Shown: positions 47,802 through 56,222 of the stretch, piece by piece | Position numbering within the stretch: position 1 is the stretch's first letter | Layout: each line of letters opens with the position of its first letter | Assembly: GCA_964371225.1 (NCBI GenBank) | Contig: CAYJNA010000001.1 | Location: 1,582-65,581, forward strand | DNA length: 64,000 bases | DNA from: an uncultured Desulfovibrionaceae bacterium | GTDB taxonomy: Bacteria > Desulfobacterota > Desulfovibrionia > Desulfovibrionales > Desulfovibrionaceae | Reading direction: 5' to 3' | Translations under genes and position numbers: made by a program | The notes under the pieces: model-generated | Seen by the model: only the letters and a program-made list of their open reading frames with translations | What the model was told of the DNA's origin: nothing | The model's database searches: none

Positions 47802-48602
47802 TTAACCTTCCAATGCGGCTTGTAAAATAGCGTCATTGGTGGCAATTTGTTTTTCCACATCAACGCGCGTAGTTTCAAGTTCTGTACGAGAAGCTTTCCA
47901 AGAATTGGTGCTTTGTGCCACCTTACGTACTTCAGGATTTTTAATTTTTGCAGGATTTTGCTGCGCTATCATAAGATTTTGTGTACCGCCCACTTCTTGC
48001 GTCATGACCTTTTGATATTCAAGATCTTTTTCTGCAGAATTTGTATAGGTGGTTTGTAAAATACGTGCTGTTTCTTCAAGGCCGGCACGAATTTCTGTGT
48101 AACGTGCGCTGAGTTGTTGCTTGGTAATGGTACCAGCTTTGGCTTGGCTAATGGCTGCAGTAAATTCTCTTTCATAGCATTGAGATGCAATTTTAGCCGC
48201 TGCAGTGGCACGATTCATGGAGGCTGTTTCTGAGTTTAACTGACTGGCATATTTAGCATAGAATTGAGCATCACGTTTTGCTTGTTGATTCTTTCCATAA
48301 ATATTTCCACCTACAGCACCAGCAGCACCACCAGCAGCAGCACCCACTAAAGCGCCACTAGCCTTACCTGTGAGCAAGCCGCCCAAAATAGCACCTACAA
48401 TGGCACCACCCACTGCGCCTGTAGCTGTGGCATTACCTGTGAGATTTTCGTCATTGCGTAATTCTGCCACAGGTTGATAACAAGCAGGGTAGTGCTTCAC
48501 TTGTGTGGTTTGTGTGCCATACTTACTTGCACAACCTGTCATTATAAAGGTACCTAAAACAAGCACTCCAATAACAGGATTCATCTTTCCAAAGCAAAAC
48601 AT
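47802..48602 (-). CDS. Glycine-zipper lipoprotein with a helical C-terminal domain
   Basis: Track ORF trimmed to ATG 48602 (SD GGAGG 5 nt upstream). MFCFGKMNPVIGVLVLGTFIMTGCAS lipobox. GAVGGAIVGAILGGLLTGKASGALVGAAAGGAAGAVGG glycine zipper (17-kDa antigen/SlyB-like), then a roughly 170-aa helical region. Confidence 0.65.
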   Translation of the reverse strand: MFCFGKMNPVIGVLVLGTFIMTGCASKYGTQTTQVKHYPACYQPVAELRNDENLTGNATATGAVGGAIVGAILGGLLTGKASGALVGAAAGGAAGAVGGNIYGKNQQAKRDAQFYAKYASQLNSETASMNRATAAAKIASQCYEREFTAAISQAKAGTITKQQLSARYTEIRAGLEETARILQTTYTNSAEKDLEYQKVMTQEVGGTQNLMIAQQNPAKIKNPEVRKVAQSTNSWKASRTELETTRVDVEKQIATNDAILQAALEG

Positions 48603-48965
48603 ATTAACCTCCATGAATAGTTTCTTTTTCATACAATAAACATCCTTTAGTATGAAAAAATAAATTCCCATGTGAAACTTTATGTTATTAGCAAAAATTG
48701 AAAAGTTCCACGCCTCATAATATCGCAAGTAATATAGCTTATTTTTCCATAATGGGCAAGTAAGTCATGCTTTATCCCTTCTGCATTTGCTAAGTAAATA
48801 CCATGGCATATGCCTAAGAAAAAAAGTGTCTTTTTTCTTGCGGGCTGAAGGTTTGTGCGTTAATATCTATAAGTGTTTTTTTGCGTCATTATTTTATGTA
48901 CTGCGTAAAACTGCGGTTTTAGTGGTGCCATTTTTCTTGTATCACAGAAAATTTGGAGGATTTTT

Positions 48966-49919
48966 ATGAAACGTATTTTGCTTCTAACTTTGTCCGCTGC
49001 TTTGGTGCTTATGGCATCTGCAGGTTTTGCCGCTGACACTAAACACCTTACCATGGGCACTGGCGGTACTGCTGGTGTGTACTATCCCCTAGGCGGCGCC
49101 ATTAGCCAAACGTTAAGTTCCAAAAGTGATGGTGCTTACTCTGTTACTGCGCAAACCACAGGTGCTTCAGGCGAAAACATGCGCCTTATTGATGCCAATG
49201 AAGTGGACTTAGCCATTTTACAAAATGATGTAGCACACTCTGCGTACAATGGACTTGCTCCTTTTAAAGAAAAACTTGGCAAGGTACGCGCTATTGCTCG
49301 TTTATATCCTGAGTACTTACACGTTGTTGCCAGCACTGATAGCGGTGTAAAACAATTTGCAGACTTTAAAGGAAAAAAAGTTTCCGTAGGTGCACGTGGC
49401 AGCGGCAATGAAGTAAATTGTCGTCAAATATTTGAATTTTATGGCCTTGATTATAAAAATGTAGAGCCTGTATTCTTACCATACGGCGAAACAGCTGACC
49501 AATTTAAAGATCGCGCCGTTGATGGCTTTGTCTTTACCATTGGTACACCTAATCCTGCCATTCAAGATATTACCACTTCACGCGAAGTTACCTTCATCCC
49601 CCTTGATGGCAAACCCAGTGATGAAATTGTGGCTAAATTCCCTTATCTTGTAAAAGACGCCATCCCTGCCAATACGTATAAAGGGCAAACAGCCGCTGTT
49701 CCTACACTTTCCGTGCAGGCTATCCTTGTGGTAAGTGAAGACATGTCTGATGAAGATGCTTATCGCATCACAAAGATTTTGTTTGAAAATACCGACACCA
49801 TTGCTAAGGCACATAATAAGGGCGCTGAAATTAAAATTGAAAAAGCCCTTGATGGTATTACCATTCCTTTCCACCCAGGTGCTGAAAAGTATTTGAAAGA
49901 AAAGGGCATTATGAAATAA
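48966..49919 (+). CDS. TAXI-family TRAP transporter solute receptor
   Basis: 317 aa. Signal peptide. GTGGTAGVYYPLGGAI motif and overall TAXI (NMT1/Imp-like) pattern. Confidence 0.85.
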   Translation: MKRILLLTLSAALVLMASAGFAADTKHLTMGTGGTAGVYYPLGGAISQTLSSKSDGAYSVTAQTTGASGENMRLIDANEVDLAILQNDVAHSAYNGLAPFKEKLGKVRAIARLYPEYLHVVASTDSGVKQFADFKGKKVSVGARGSGNEVNCRQIFEFYGLDYKNVEPVFLPYGETADQFKDRAVDGFVFTIGTPNPAIQDITTSREVTFIPLDGKPSDEIVAKFPYLVKDAIPANTYKGQTAAVPTLSVQAILVVSEDMSDEDAYRITKILFENTDTIAKAHNKGAEIKIEKALDGITIPFHPGAEKYLKEKGIMK

Positions 49920-49940
49920 AGATTTTTTCATAAATCTTAA

Positions 49941-49972
49941 ACGGCATGGAAGAAATTCTATGCCGTTTTTTT
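49941..49972 (+). terminator. Rho-independent terminator after the TAXI gene
   Basis: ACGGCAT-(12 nt)-ATGCCGT followed by TTTTTT. Confidence 0.75.
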
Positions 49973-50310
49973 GGGCCTTGATACTGGTAATATCTTTCTA
50001 TTAAAGTATCACTTTATGTATTAAAACATGCTCATTTACACTTGAAGTGTTACTTTAATATAGGTAAGGGACTGTATAGTCATCTAAAAATACGTATAGT
50101 ATATTTTTACAGAGATTTAGACTGAGAAAGTCGACACTACAGGTAGGTAAAATCCATCCATTTGGCACGGCATGAGTTTTATATATTGTGTTGCAAAAGT
50201 ATTGAAGAATGTGCTTTTCCATAAAGATGGGTTCTGCACAATTTTTTTTTGGTTGCATTGACTGTGGTCAGCGCTACAAAAAATTCCACATAATGTATTT
50301 GCAGGAGTCC

Positions 50311-50344
50311 TAAAAGAGAACCCCATGAGCCAAAACTCATGGGG
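50311..50344 (-). terminator. Rho-independent terminator after degP/htrA
   Basis: 9-bp stem CCCCATGAG/CTCATGGGG with a 6-nt loop. The minus strand continues TTCTCTTTTA. About 65 nt past the stop. Confidence 0.6.
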
Positions 50345-50408
50345 TCTACTTTTATAATACCTTATGGCAATTGTTACATTGCAACAGTCGCCTATAGAGC
50401 TTTCATTT

Positions 50409-51851
50409 TTATTTTTCTTTGCTAGCCAAAGGCACAGCTACAAAGGTCACTTCACCGCGACGGCTTACTTGCAGCATAACCGCACCGCGAGATGTTACAT
50501 CCTTAATGATTTTTGCTAATTCCTTAGCGTCTTTAACAGGTGTTAAGTTAGCAGAAAGGATAACATCACCTTGTCGAATACCAGCTTCGCTAGCAGGTTT
50601 TCCTTGTGCTACTTCCACAACTAAAAGACCTTGACCCTTTTCAAGGCTATGGGCTTTTGTTTCTTCAGCTGTGAGCGGACGTACAGAAATGCCAAGAGTT
50701 GCAGCTTCCTGCTTTTCAGCATCGGCGGGGCCGTTTCGTTGTGCATTTAATTGGTCTGCATTGCGTTCACCAAGGGTAATGGTTAATTTCTTTTCTTTAC
50801 CATCGCGCCATACAGTAACTGTGGTTTTAGCGCCGGGCTTTTGGCCTGCAATGGCGCGTAGTAGGGCGGCAGGGTCTGCAACCTTGGTGTCATCCACAGC
50901 AATGATAACATCACCAGCTTTTACGCCAGCTTTGTCTGCAGGCTCATTTTCCATAACATTACTTATGAGCGCACCTTGAGCTTTTTCAAGGCCAAGAGCT
51001 TTGGCGGCATTTTCGCTAAGCCCTTGCATGGTTACGCCAATCCAACCGCGACTGACTTTTTTACCAGCTTTTAATTGCTCAGTAACATTGGCAGCTTGTG
51101 AGCTTGGAATGGCAAAGCCAATACCTTGCCCACTGGCTATGATGGCAGTATTAATGCCCACCACTTCACCGGCCATGTTCAAAAGAGGGCCACCACTATT
51201 ACCGGGGTTAATGGAAGCATCTGTTTGCAAAAAGTTATCAAAGGGGCCGGAATTAATATTACGGCCTTTGGCAGAAAGAATACCGGATGTCACCGTATGC
51301 TCAAGACCAAAAGGGTTACCAATGGCAAGAACCCACTCACCCACACGAGCTTTATCAGAGTCAGCAAATGTTAAGTAGGGTAATTTTTCTTTAACCTCTA
51401 CTTTAAGTAATGCTATATCTGTTTCTTCATCAGAGCCCACAAGTTTTGCGGGTATGGCTTCAGATTTGCCAATGGCTCCTTGCAGATTTACATTAATGAT
51501 ATCAGCGCCTTTAACCACATGAAAATTAGTTACAATATAGCCGTCATCAGAAATAATAAAACCTGTACCTAAGGATTTTTGCTTACGCTCAGGGTTACGA
51601 GGTTGTTGTCCTTGAAATGGTTGAAATTGCTCAAAGAATTTTTCAAATCCTGGGGGCACACCTGGCATAAACTCATTCATAAAATTCTGTTTATTACCAG
51701 AGGTATTTTTTTCTGTGCTAATATTTACCACAGAAGAGCCTGCTTTTTCAGCTAAATCTACAAAGTTGGGCAGACTCGAAGCTTGCGCCATACTGGTACT
51801 GAGCAGTACAGCAAAAAATAAAAATTGAAAGACCGTTTTACGAATAATCAT
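50409..51851 (-). CDS. htrA: Periplasmic serine endoprotease DegP/DegQ/HtrA (two PDZ domains)
   Basis: 480 aa. Signal peptide, TNFHVV / D..LLKV / GNSGGPLLN triad and two PDZ repeats. Confidence 0.9.
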   Translation of the reverse strand: MIIRKTVFQFLFFAVLLSTSMAQASSLPNFVDLAEKAGSSVVNISTEKNTSGNKQNFMNEFMPGVPPGFEKFFEQFQPFQGQQPRNPERKQKSLGTGFIISDDGYIVTNFHVVKGADIINVNLQGAIGKSEAIPAKLVGSDEETDIALLKVEVKEKLPYLTFADSDKARVGEWVLAIGNPFGLEHTVTSGILSAKGRNINSGPFDNFLQTDASINPGNSGGPLLNMAGEVVGINTAIIASGQGIGFAIPSSQAANVTEQLKAGKKVSRGWIGVTMQGLSENAAKALGLEKAQGALISNVMENEPADKAGVKAGDVIIAVDDTKVADPAALLRAIAGQKPGAKTTVTVWRDGKEKKLTITLGERNADQLNAQRNGPADAEKQEAATLGISVRPLTAEETKAHSLEKGQGLLVVEVAQGKPASEAGIRQGDVILSANLTPVKDAKELAKIIKDVTSRGAVMLQVSRRGEVTFVAVPLASKEK

Positions 51852-51995
51852 ATGTTCTCCTTATCAATATTCTCTATAAAACGTAGTAAAACTCCAAAGA
51901 AAAAAGGGTAGCTTGTTACACGCACCCTCTCATCCTCTTTAATATAAGCAAAAAATATCTATTGTGAAGATGTAAAAAATAAAATATCTCTATTT

Positions 51996-53270
51996 ATGAG
52001 AAAGTGTAGTATTTATATACAAATAGATGCATACAGAAAGAGGCTATTTTTGTTTATGATGCTTTCTGACATTTTCTCTCAAACCTTACGGAGAATTGCT
52101 GTGTTTTTACGTCACTTAAATATAACAAAAGAAATATATATACTTTTTTTGGCAGCCATACTCACATTGGCCACCATGTATATTCCACAGCCCTTACTAT
52201 CTACCATTCAAAAAGATTTTTCTTCCTTAAATAACGCCCAAATAGCCTTATTTATGACTGTGGTATTTGCTCCCCTAAGCATAGCGCCGCTTATTTACGG
52301 CACGCTTTTGAGTGCTTTTTCTACTAAACGTATTTTGCAATATTCCGTAACCATACTTTTTTTTGCTTCCATAGGTATCTACTGTTCAAGTGACTTTGAA
52401 AATATACTTTTTTTTCGTAGCGTTCAAGGGCTTATTGTGCCAGCCATGCTTACTTCACTTATGGCCTATTTGTCTGAGCATTATTCCGGCCCTCATTTAC
52501 AACAAATTCTTGCTACCTATATTGCTGCAACCATTTTGGGCGGCCTCATGGGGCGTATTTTTGCGGGTATCATTGCAGACTTTTTCACATGGCAAAGTTC
52601 TTTTTTAGCTCTAGCCATGGCCTTAGCTCTGTTACTGGCACTTTTAACTACTTTAAAAGAACAGCCGGCTCATCTTAGTAAAAAAATATCAGTGGGGGAG
52701 TTTAATCACATCTTACATACGAAAGGCATTAAGAGATTACTTTTTATTGAGGCTATTTGCTTTTTTGTTTTTGTGGCACTTGCTACATATTTACCTTTCT
52801 TTTTGACACATATAGATGAAAATATTTCAGAAAGTCGCATAGCATTGACGTATTTAGGCTATGGCATTGGTATAGTTATCGCTTTAAAATCACGTACTAT
52901 TATTGCTCGTGTGGGAGGAAGTGTAAAAAGCATTCGTCTTGGCATTTTTACTTTTGCATTGTCTCTCCTCTTTTTTCTTGTGCCCAATGTATATTGTATT
53001 TTTTTCGCCATGTTCTTACTTTGCGCTGGGCAATTTTTAGAACACAGCATTACCCCAGGTCTTGTAAATCGTATTTGTCCTTACAATAAAAGTGCTGTAA
53101 ACGGCCTCTATCTTTCCATTTATTATATAGGAGGGGCGCTTGGCTCATATGTGCCTGGCTTTATTTATGAAAAATACGGTTGGTATACCTTTATAATGGT
53201 CTTGGGTGTTATGCTTCTCACAGCCTTTATGGCAAGTTTTGGCCTTGAAAAGCACACACCGCAACAATAA
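51996..53270 (+). CDS. MFS transporter
   Basis: 424 aa, about 12 TM, MFS loop-like motifs. The true start may be the internal MMLSD (52056). Confidence 0.8.
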   Translation: MRKCSIYIQIDAYRKRLFLFMMLSDIFSQTLRRIAVFLRHLNITKEIYILFLAAILTLATMYIPQPLLSTIQKDFSSLNNAQIALFMTVVFAPLSIAPLIYGTLLSAFSTKRILQYSVTILFFASIGIYCSSDFENILFFRSVQGLIVPAMLTSLMAYLSEHYSGPHLQQILATYIAATILGGLMGRIFAGIIADFFTWQSSFLALAMALALLLALLTTLKEQPAHLSKKISVGEFNHILHTKGIKRLLFIEAICFFVFVALATYLPFFLTHIDENISESRIALTYLGYGIGIVIALKSRTIIARVGGSVKSIRLGIFTFALSLLFFLVPNVYCIFFAMFLLCAGQFLEHSITPGLVNRICPYNKSAVNGLYLSIYYIGGALGSYVPGFIYEKYGWYTFIMVLGVMLLTAFMASFGLEKHTPQQ

Positions 53271-53284
53271 TATGGTATGTAATT

Positions 53285-54283
53285 TTAAAAAGGTACGCTT
53301 ACAGCTTCATGTAATGCTTTAAGTTCTTTGAGGCTTAATTCGCGTACTTTCCCTGCGGCTATATCTAGCTCTATGGGGCCTTGTGCCACGCGAATAAGTT
53401 GTAATATTGTAAGGTGCAAGTCACGGCACATACGACGAATTTGTCTATTTATTCCTTGATGTAATGTCAATTCTAAAAGGGTAGAGCGTGCATCTCGCCC
53501 TAAAATACGCACTTGCACCGGCGCAAGTTTTTCTCCCTCTTGTAAGCGCATGCCACTTTGCATTAAGTCTATGGCTTCACGGCTTACCGTTTCACGCACA
53601 AGAACTTCATAGACCTTGGGTAAATGATATCGGGGATGCGCTAATTTCTGCGCAAAGTGACCATCATCCGTAAGGAGTAATAATCCTTCAGAAAAATAGT
53701 CTAAACGTCCCACAGTAAAAAGTCTTTTTTCTTGCCATTGCCTTGGCAAAATATCAAAAATTGTAGTTCTTCCTTCAGGGTCATTGGCCGTACACAAGGT
53801 TTGTACCGGTTTGTGCATAAGCAAATAAACTCGAGAATCTTCCCGCTTTATTATGTGTCCATCCACGCGTAATTCATCTTGTAAACTCACTTTATGACCC
53901 AGTTCTGTGACACGCAGCCCGTTGACAAAAACCTTACCGGCCACAATAAGTTCTTCCGCTTTTCTGCGTGAGCATACGCCGGCATCAGCCAAAGCTTTAT
54001 TAATGCGCACCATGTCAGTTTGCTCAGAGACATGAGCTGTGGACGGCTTGGAGTAAGTATCATTATGCTGTTTATAGTCTTTATGAGCCTTGGGTCTTTG
54101 CGACGAGTATCTATCTTCTTGCTGCATGCGCCGTTGTGTGCCGCCATGTTTTTTTTCTGATTTTCTTTCAGAAGCTTTTTCATAGGAAGTATCACCATGA
54201 CGTGTCGAATTTGTAGCTTTGGAAGAACGGTTTTGTGTTGTCTGTGTAGAGTGCTGCCTTTGAGGCCTTTTGGAATGAGTCAT
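53285..54283 (-). CDS. rluB: Pseudouridine synthase, RsuA/RluB family, with a basic low-complexity N-terminal extension
   Basis: 332 aa. S4 domain (RINKALADAGVCSRRKAEELI) and catalytic FTVGRLDYFSEGLLLLTDDG. About 90-aa K/R/Q/S-rich N-terminus. Confidence 0.8.
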   Translation of the reverse strand: MTHSKRPQRQHSTQTTQNRSSKATNSTRHGDTSYEKASERKSEKKHGGTQRRMQQEDRYSSQRPKAHKDYKQHNDTYSKPSTAHVSEQTDMVRINKALADAGVCSRRKAEELIVAGKVFVNGLRVTELGHKVSLQDELRVDGHIIKREDSRVYLLMHKPVQTLCTANDPEGRTTIFDILPRQWQEKRLFTVGRLDYFSEGLLLLTDDGHFAQKLAHPRYHLPKVYEVLVRETVSREAIDLMQSGMRLQEGEKLAPVQVRILGRDARSTLLELTLHQGINRQIRRMCRDLHLTILQLIRVAQGPIELDIAAGKVRELSLKELKALHEAVSVPF

Positions 54284-54653
54284 TTTAAGCTCCTAAAAAT
54301 AAAAAAATGAGCTACAGGTCAGGGAAAAAAATATGGCCTTAAAATCGAAGCTCACATAACGACCCATAACATCTAATATGGAGAGCCTAAAATGAAAAGC
54401 TAAACTTTTAAGAATATTTTTTTTCCTCCATACTTTGAGTGAATGGCTTTACACCATCTAAAACAAGCCAAAATTGTTTTGTATGCGCCTTGCGTAAGGC
54501 TTATTCATTTGTCAGCGCAAAAGAGACATACCCGCTGAATCCAAGTTCTGACGGCTCTAAAAGGGCTATGTGGAGTGAGCATGCCTTTTTGAAAAGTATA
54601 GCACTTTTCAGCATAAATTAAGGGGAAAGGTCAGAGTACAAAGTGCTTACAAC

Positions 54654-54675
54654 TTAATATAATTAATTATATTAA
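54654..54675. repeat. Perfect 22-bp A/T-only palindrome
   Basis: TTAATATAATT|AATTATATTAA. All 11 pairs were checked by hand. Confidence 0.9.
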
Positions 54676-55047
54676 TATTTTAAAGTAACACCATACACAA
54701 TTTTCCGCATATGAAAGTTTACATAATTACCATTATGGGACATGTGTAAATAAAAATGCACAGACAAAACACACTGCTCTTTATGTCCCATCTGTCTTTA
54801 AAAAATACATTTGAAAATGCTCTTAACAGCTTTTGACGATTGTACGGCACTGAAGTTATGACGCTTCTTTTCTTACAAGAAAAATATAGGCGCATTCATG
54901 CTTATAAAAGTTTGCGCATACATTCTCGGTTTTTGCAGTAACATTTAGAATTTTTTCCTGCCTACACACTTGCCATGTGCGCCGCCACAGCGTAAAACCA
55001 ATGCGTTACGTTTTAAAAAATAGAATTTTTTCTGCAAAGGAGCTCCT

Positions 55048-55668
55048 ATGGGACTTGCCAGCGCCTCCAGTTCATTTACACGCTTTCGCATCATGGATGA
55101 CATCCCCAAAGAATTGTGGACAGCCATACCCGAGAAACTACAATTATTTGCTTTTCAAGATATTGATAATACAGCAGAAGAAAGCTCTCACGGCTGGACA
55201 TGTTTTGATGATATGCTAGACACACAATGGAATACTGCACCGCCACAAAAAGGTGAATATCTTCTTTTTTCTTTGCGTTTAGATACTCGCCGAGTGCCTC
55301 CAGGTGTCATAAAAAAACACGTGGCTTTGGCCTTGCAGGAAGAAAAGCATAAAATGCAAGAACAAAATAAAACTTATATTAGCCGCGAACGTAAAAAAGA
55401 ATTAAAAGAACAAGTTATGTTGCGTTTACGTCAGCGTTTTTTACCCATTCCTGCTGAGTTTAACGTGGTTTGGTCCACCACTAACAATACAGTTTGGTTT
55501 ATGTCCACGCAAAATAAAATGCTTGAAATGTTTACAGAACTTTTCGCCAAGACCTTTGACTTACACTTAGATCAAATGACACCATACGGCCTTGCCAGTA
55601 CTTTTCTTGATGAAGAAAAACTTATTCAGCTTGATATGCTTGAACCTACCCATTTTGCTGCGGAGTAA
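55048..55668 (+). CDS. RdgC-like recombination-associated protein, N-terminal half
   Basis: 206 aa. SD AAGGAG. SFTRFRI.., GW.., and the charged helix ISRERKKELKEQVMLRLRQRFLP followed by VW.. align by eye to about the first 190 aa of E. coli RdgC. Confidence 0.6.
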   Translation: MGLASASSSFTRFRIMDDIPKELWTAIPEKLQLFAFQDIDNTAEESSHGWTCFDDMLDTQWNTAPPQKGEYLLFSLRLDTRRVPPGVIKKHVALALQEEKHKMQEQNKTYISRERKKELKEQVMLRLRQRFLPIPAEFNVVWSTTNNTVWFMSTQNKMLEMFTELFAKTFDLHLDQMTPYGLASTFLDEEKLIQLDMLEPTHFAAE

Positions 55669-55671
55669 CAC

Positions 55672-56196
55672 ATGGCTAATGAAATAACGACAGATATTGT
55701 TTTGGGGCAAGAGTTTTTGACATGGCTTTGGTTTCAAAGTGATACAGCTCCTCATGATTTTAGCGATAAAAATGGTATGCCTTTTAGCGTTTCCATGGAG
55801 CAACGTATCGTGGTGCAAGGCGGTGAAGGTGACAGTCTTGAAACGGCATCCGTTTCCGGATCTTTATCTCCCCTACGTGAAGCACGTTTTGGTCTGGCCA
55901 CCGGCAAAAAAGTAACACGCGCCCTAGTGCGATTTGAAAAAGAAGAATTGGCATGGCAAGTGGGTCTTAAAGCCGAAGATTTTTCTTGCAATGGCTTACG
56001 TTCGCCTAAAATTGAAAAAGAAAGCGATGACGATGACCCCGATGCTTTTTTATTGGAAAAAATTTATCTCATGGAAATATGCCTTGAGCTCTTAGATGGG
56101 CTTTATAAGCATTTTATTTTATTACGCCTTTCTCCAGAATGGAAAGAGGAAGTGCAACGCATTCATACTTGGATGACCAAGCGCGAAAATATTTAA
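55672..56196 (+). CDS. RdgC-like protein, C-terminal half (same frame as the upstream ORF)
   Basis: 174 aa. ..[21 protein letters not shown].. and [21 protein letters not shown] resemble the RdgC C-terminal region (AGKVVTKLALDW..., DREDFAQRFDADFILM..). The ATG lies one codon after the TAA of the upstream ORF. Confidence 0.55.
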   Translation: MANEITTDIVLGQEFLTWLWFQSDTAPHDFSDKNGMPFSVSMEQRIVVQGGEGDSLETASVSGSLSPLREARFGLATGKKVTRALVRFEKEELAWQVGLKAEDFSCNGLRSPKIEKESDDDDPDAFLLEKIYLMEICLELLDGLYKHFILLRLSPEWKEEVQRIHTWMTKRENI

Positions 56197-56222
56197 GGCT
56201 TAACACTGTAGAAGGAATGCCC

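Noticed and set aside
30238-48602. Accessory region as a prophage, ICE or genomic island
   Set aside because: No integrase, transposase, phage structural genes or flanking direct repeats were seen. The only tRNA in the window is 20 kb away. By eye, composition resembles the flanks apart from coding low-complexity tracts.
48603-48965. Sigma54- and sigma28-type promoters in the divergent control region: TGGAAC..TTGC on the minus strand, and TGGTGCC..TTCTTG upstream of the TAXI gene
   Set aside because: The GG-to-GC spacing is wrong (17 rather than 12 nt) or the -12 GC is missing. No TAAA-N15-GCCGATAA match was found. Only a weak sigma70-like -35/-10 could be proposed.
49973-50310. About 340 bp without genes between the TAXI terminator and the degP terminator, including the 67-aa and 69-aa minus-strand ORFs
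   Set aside because: The ORFs have no SD and implausible composition, and I recognised no RNA family. The region is left unannotated.
56139-56222. Upstream extension of the DppB-like permease ORF overlapping the rdgC-like C-terminal ORF
   Set aside because: The extension is hydrophilic and unlike permease N-termini. An internal ATG with an SD lies just after the upstream stop.
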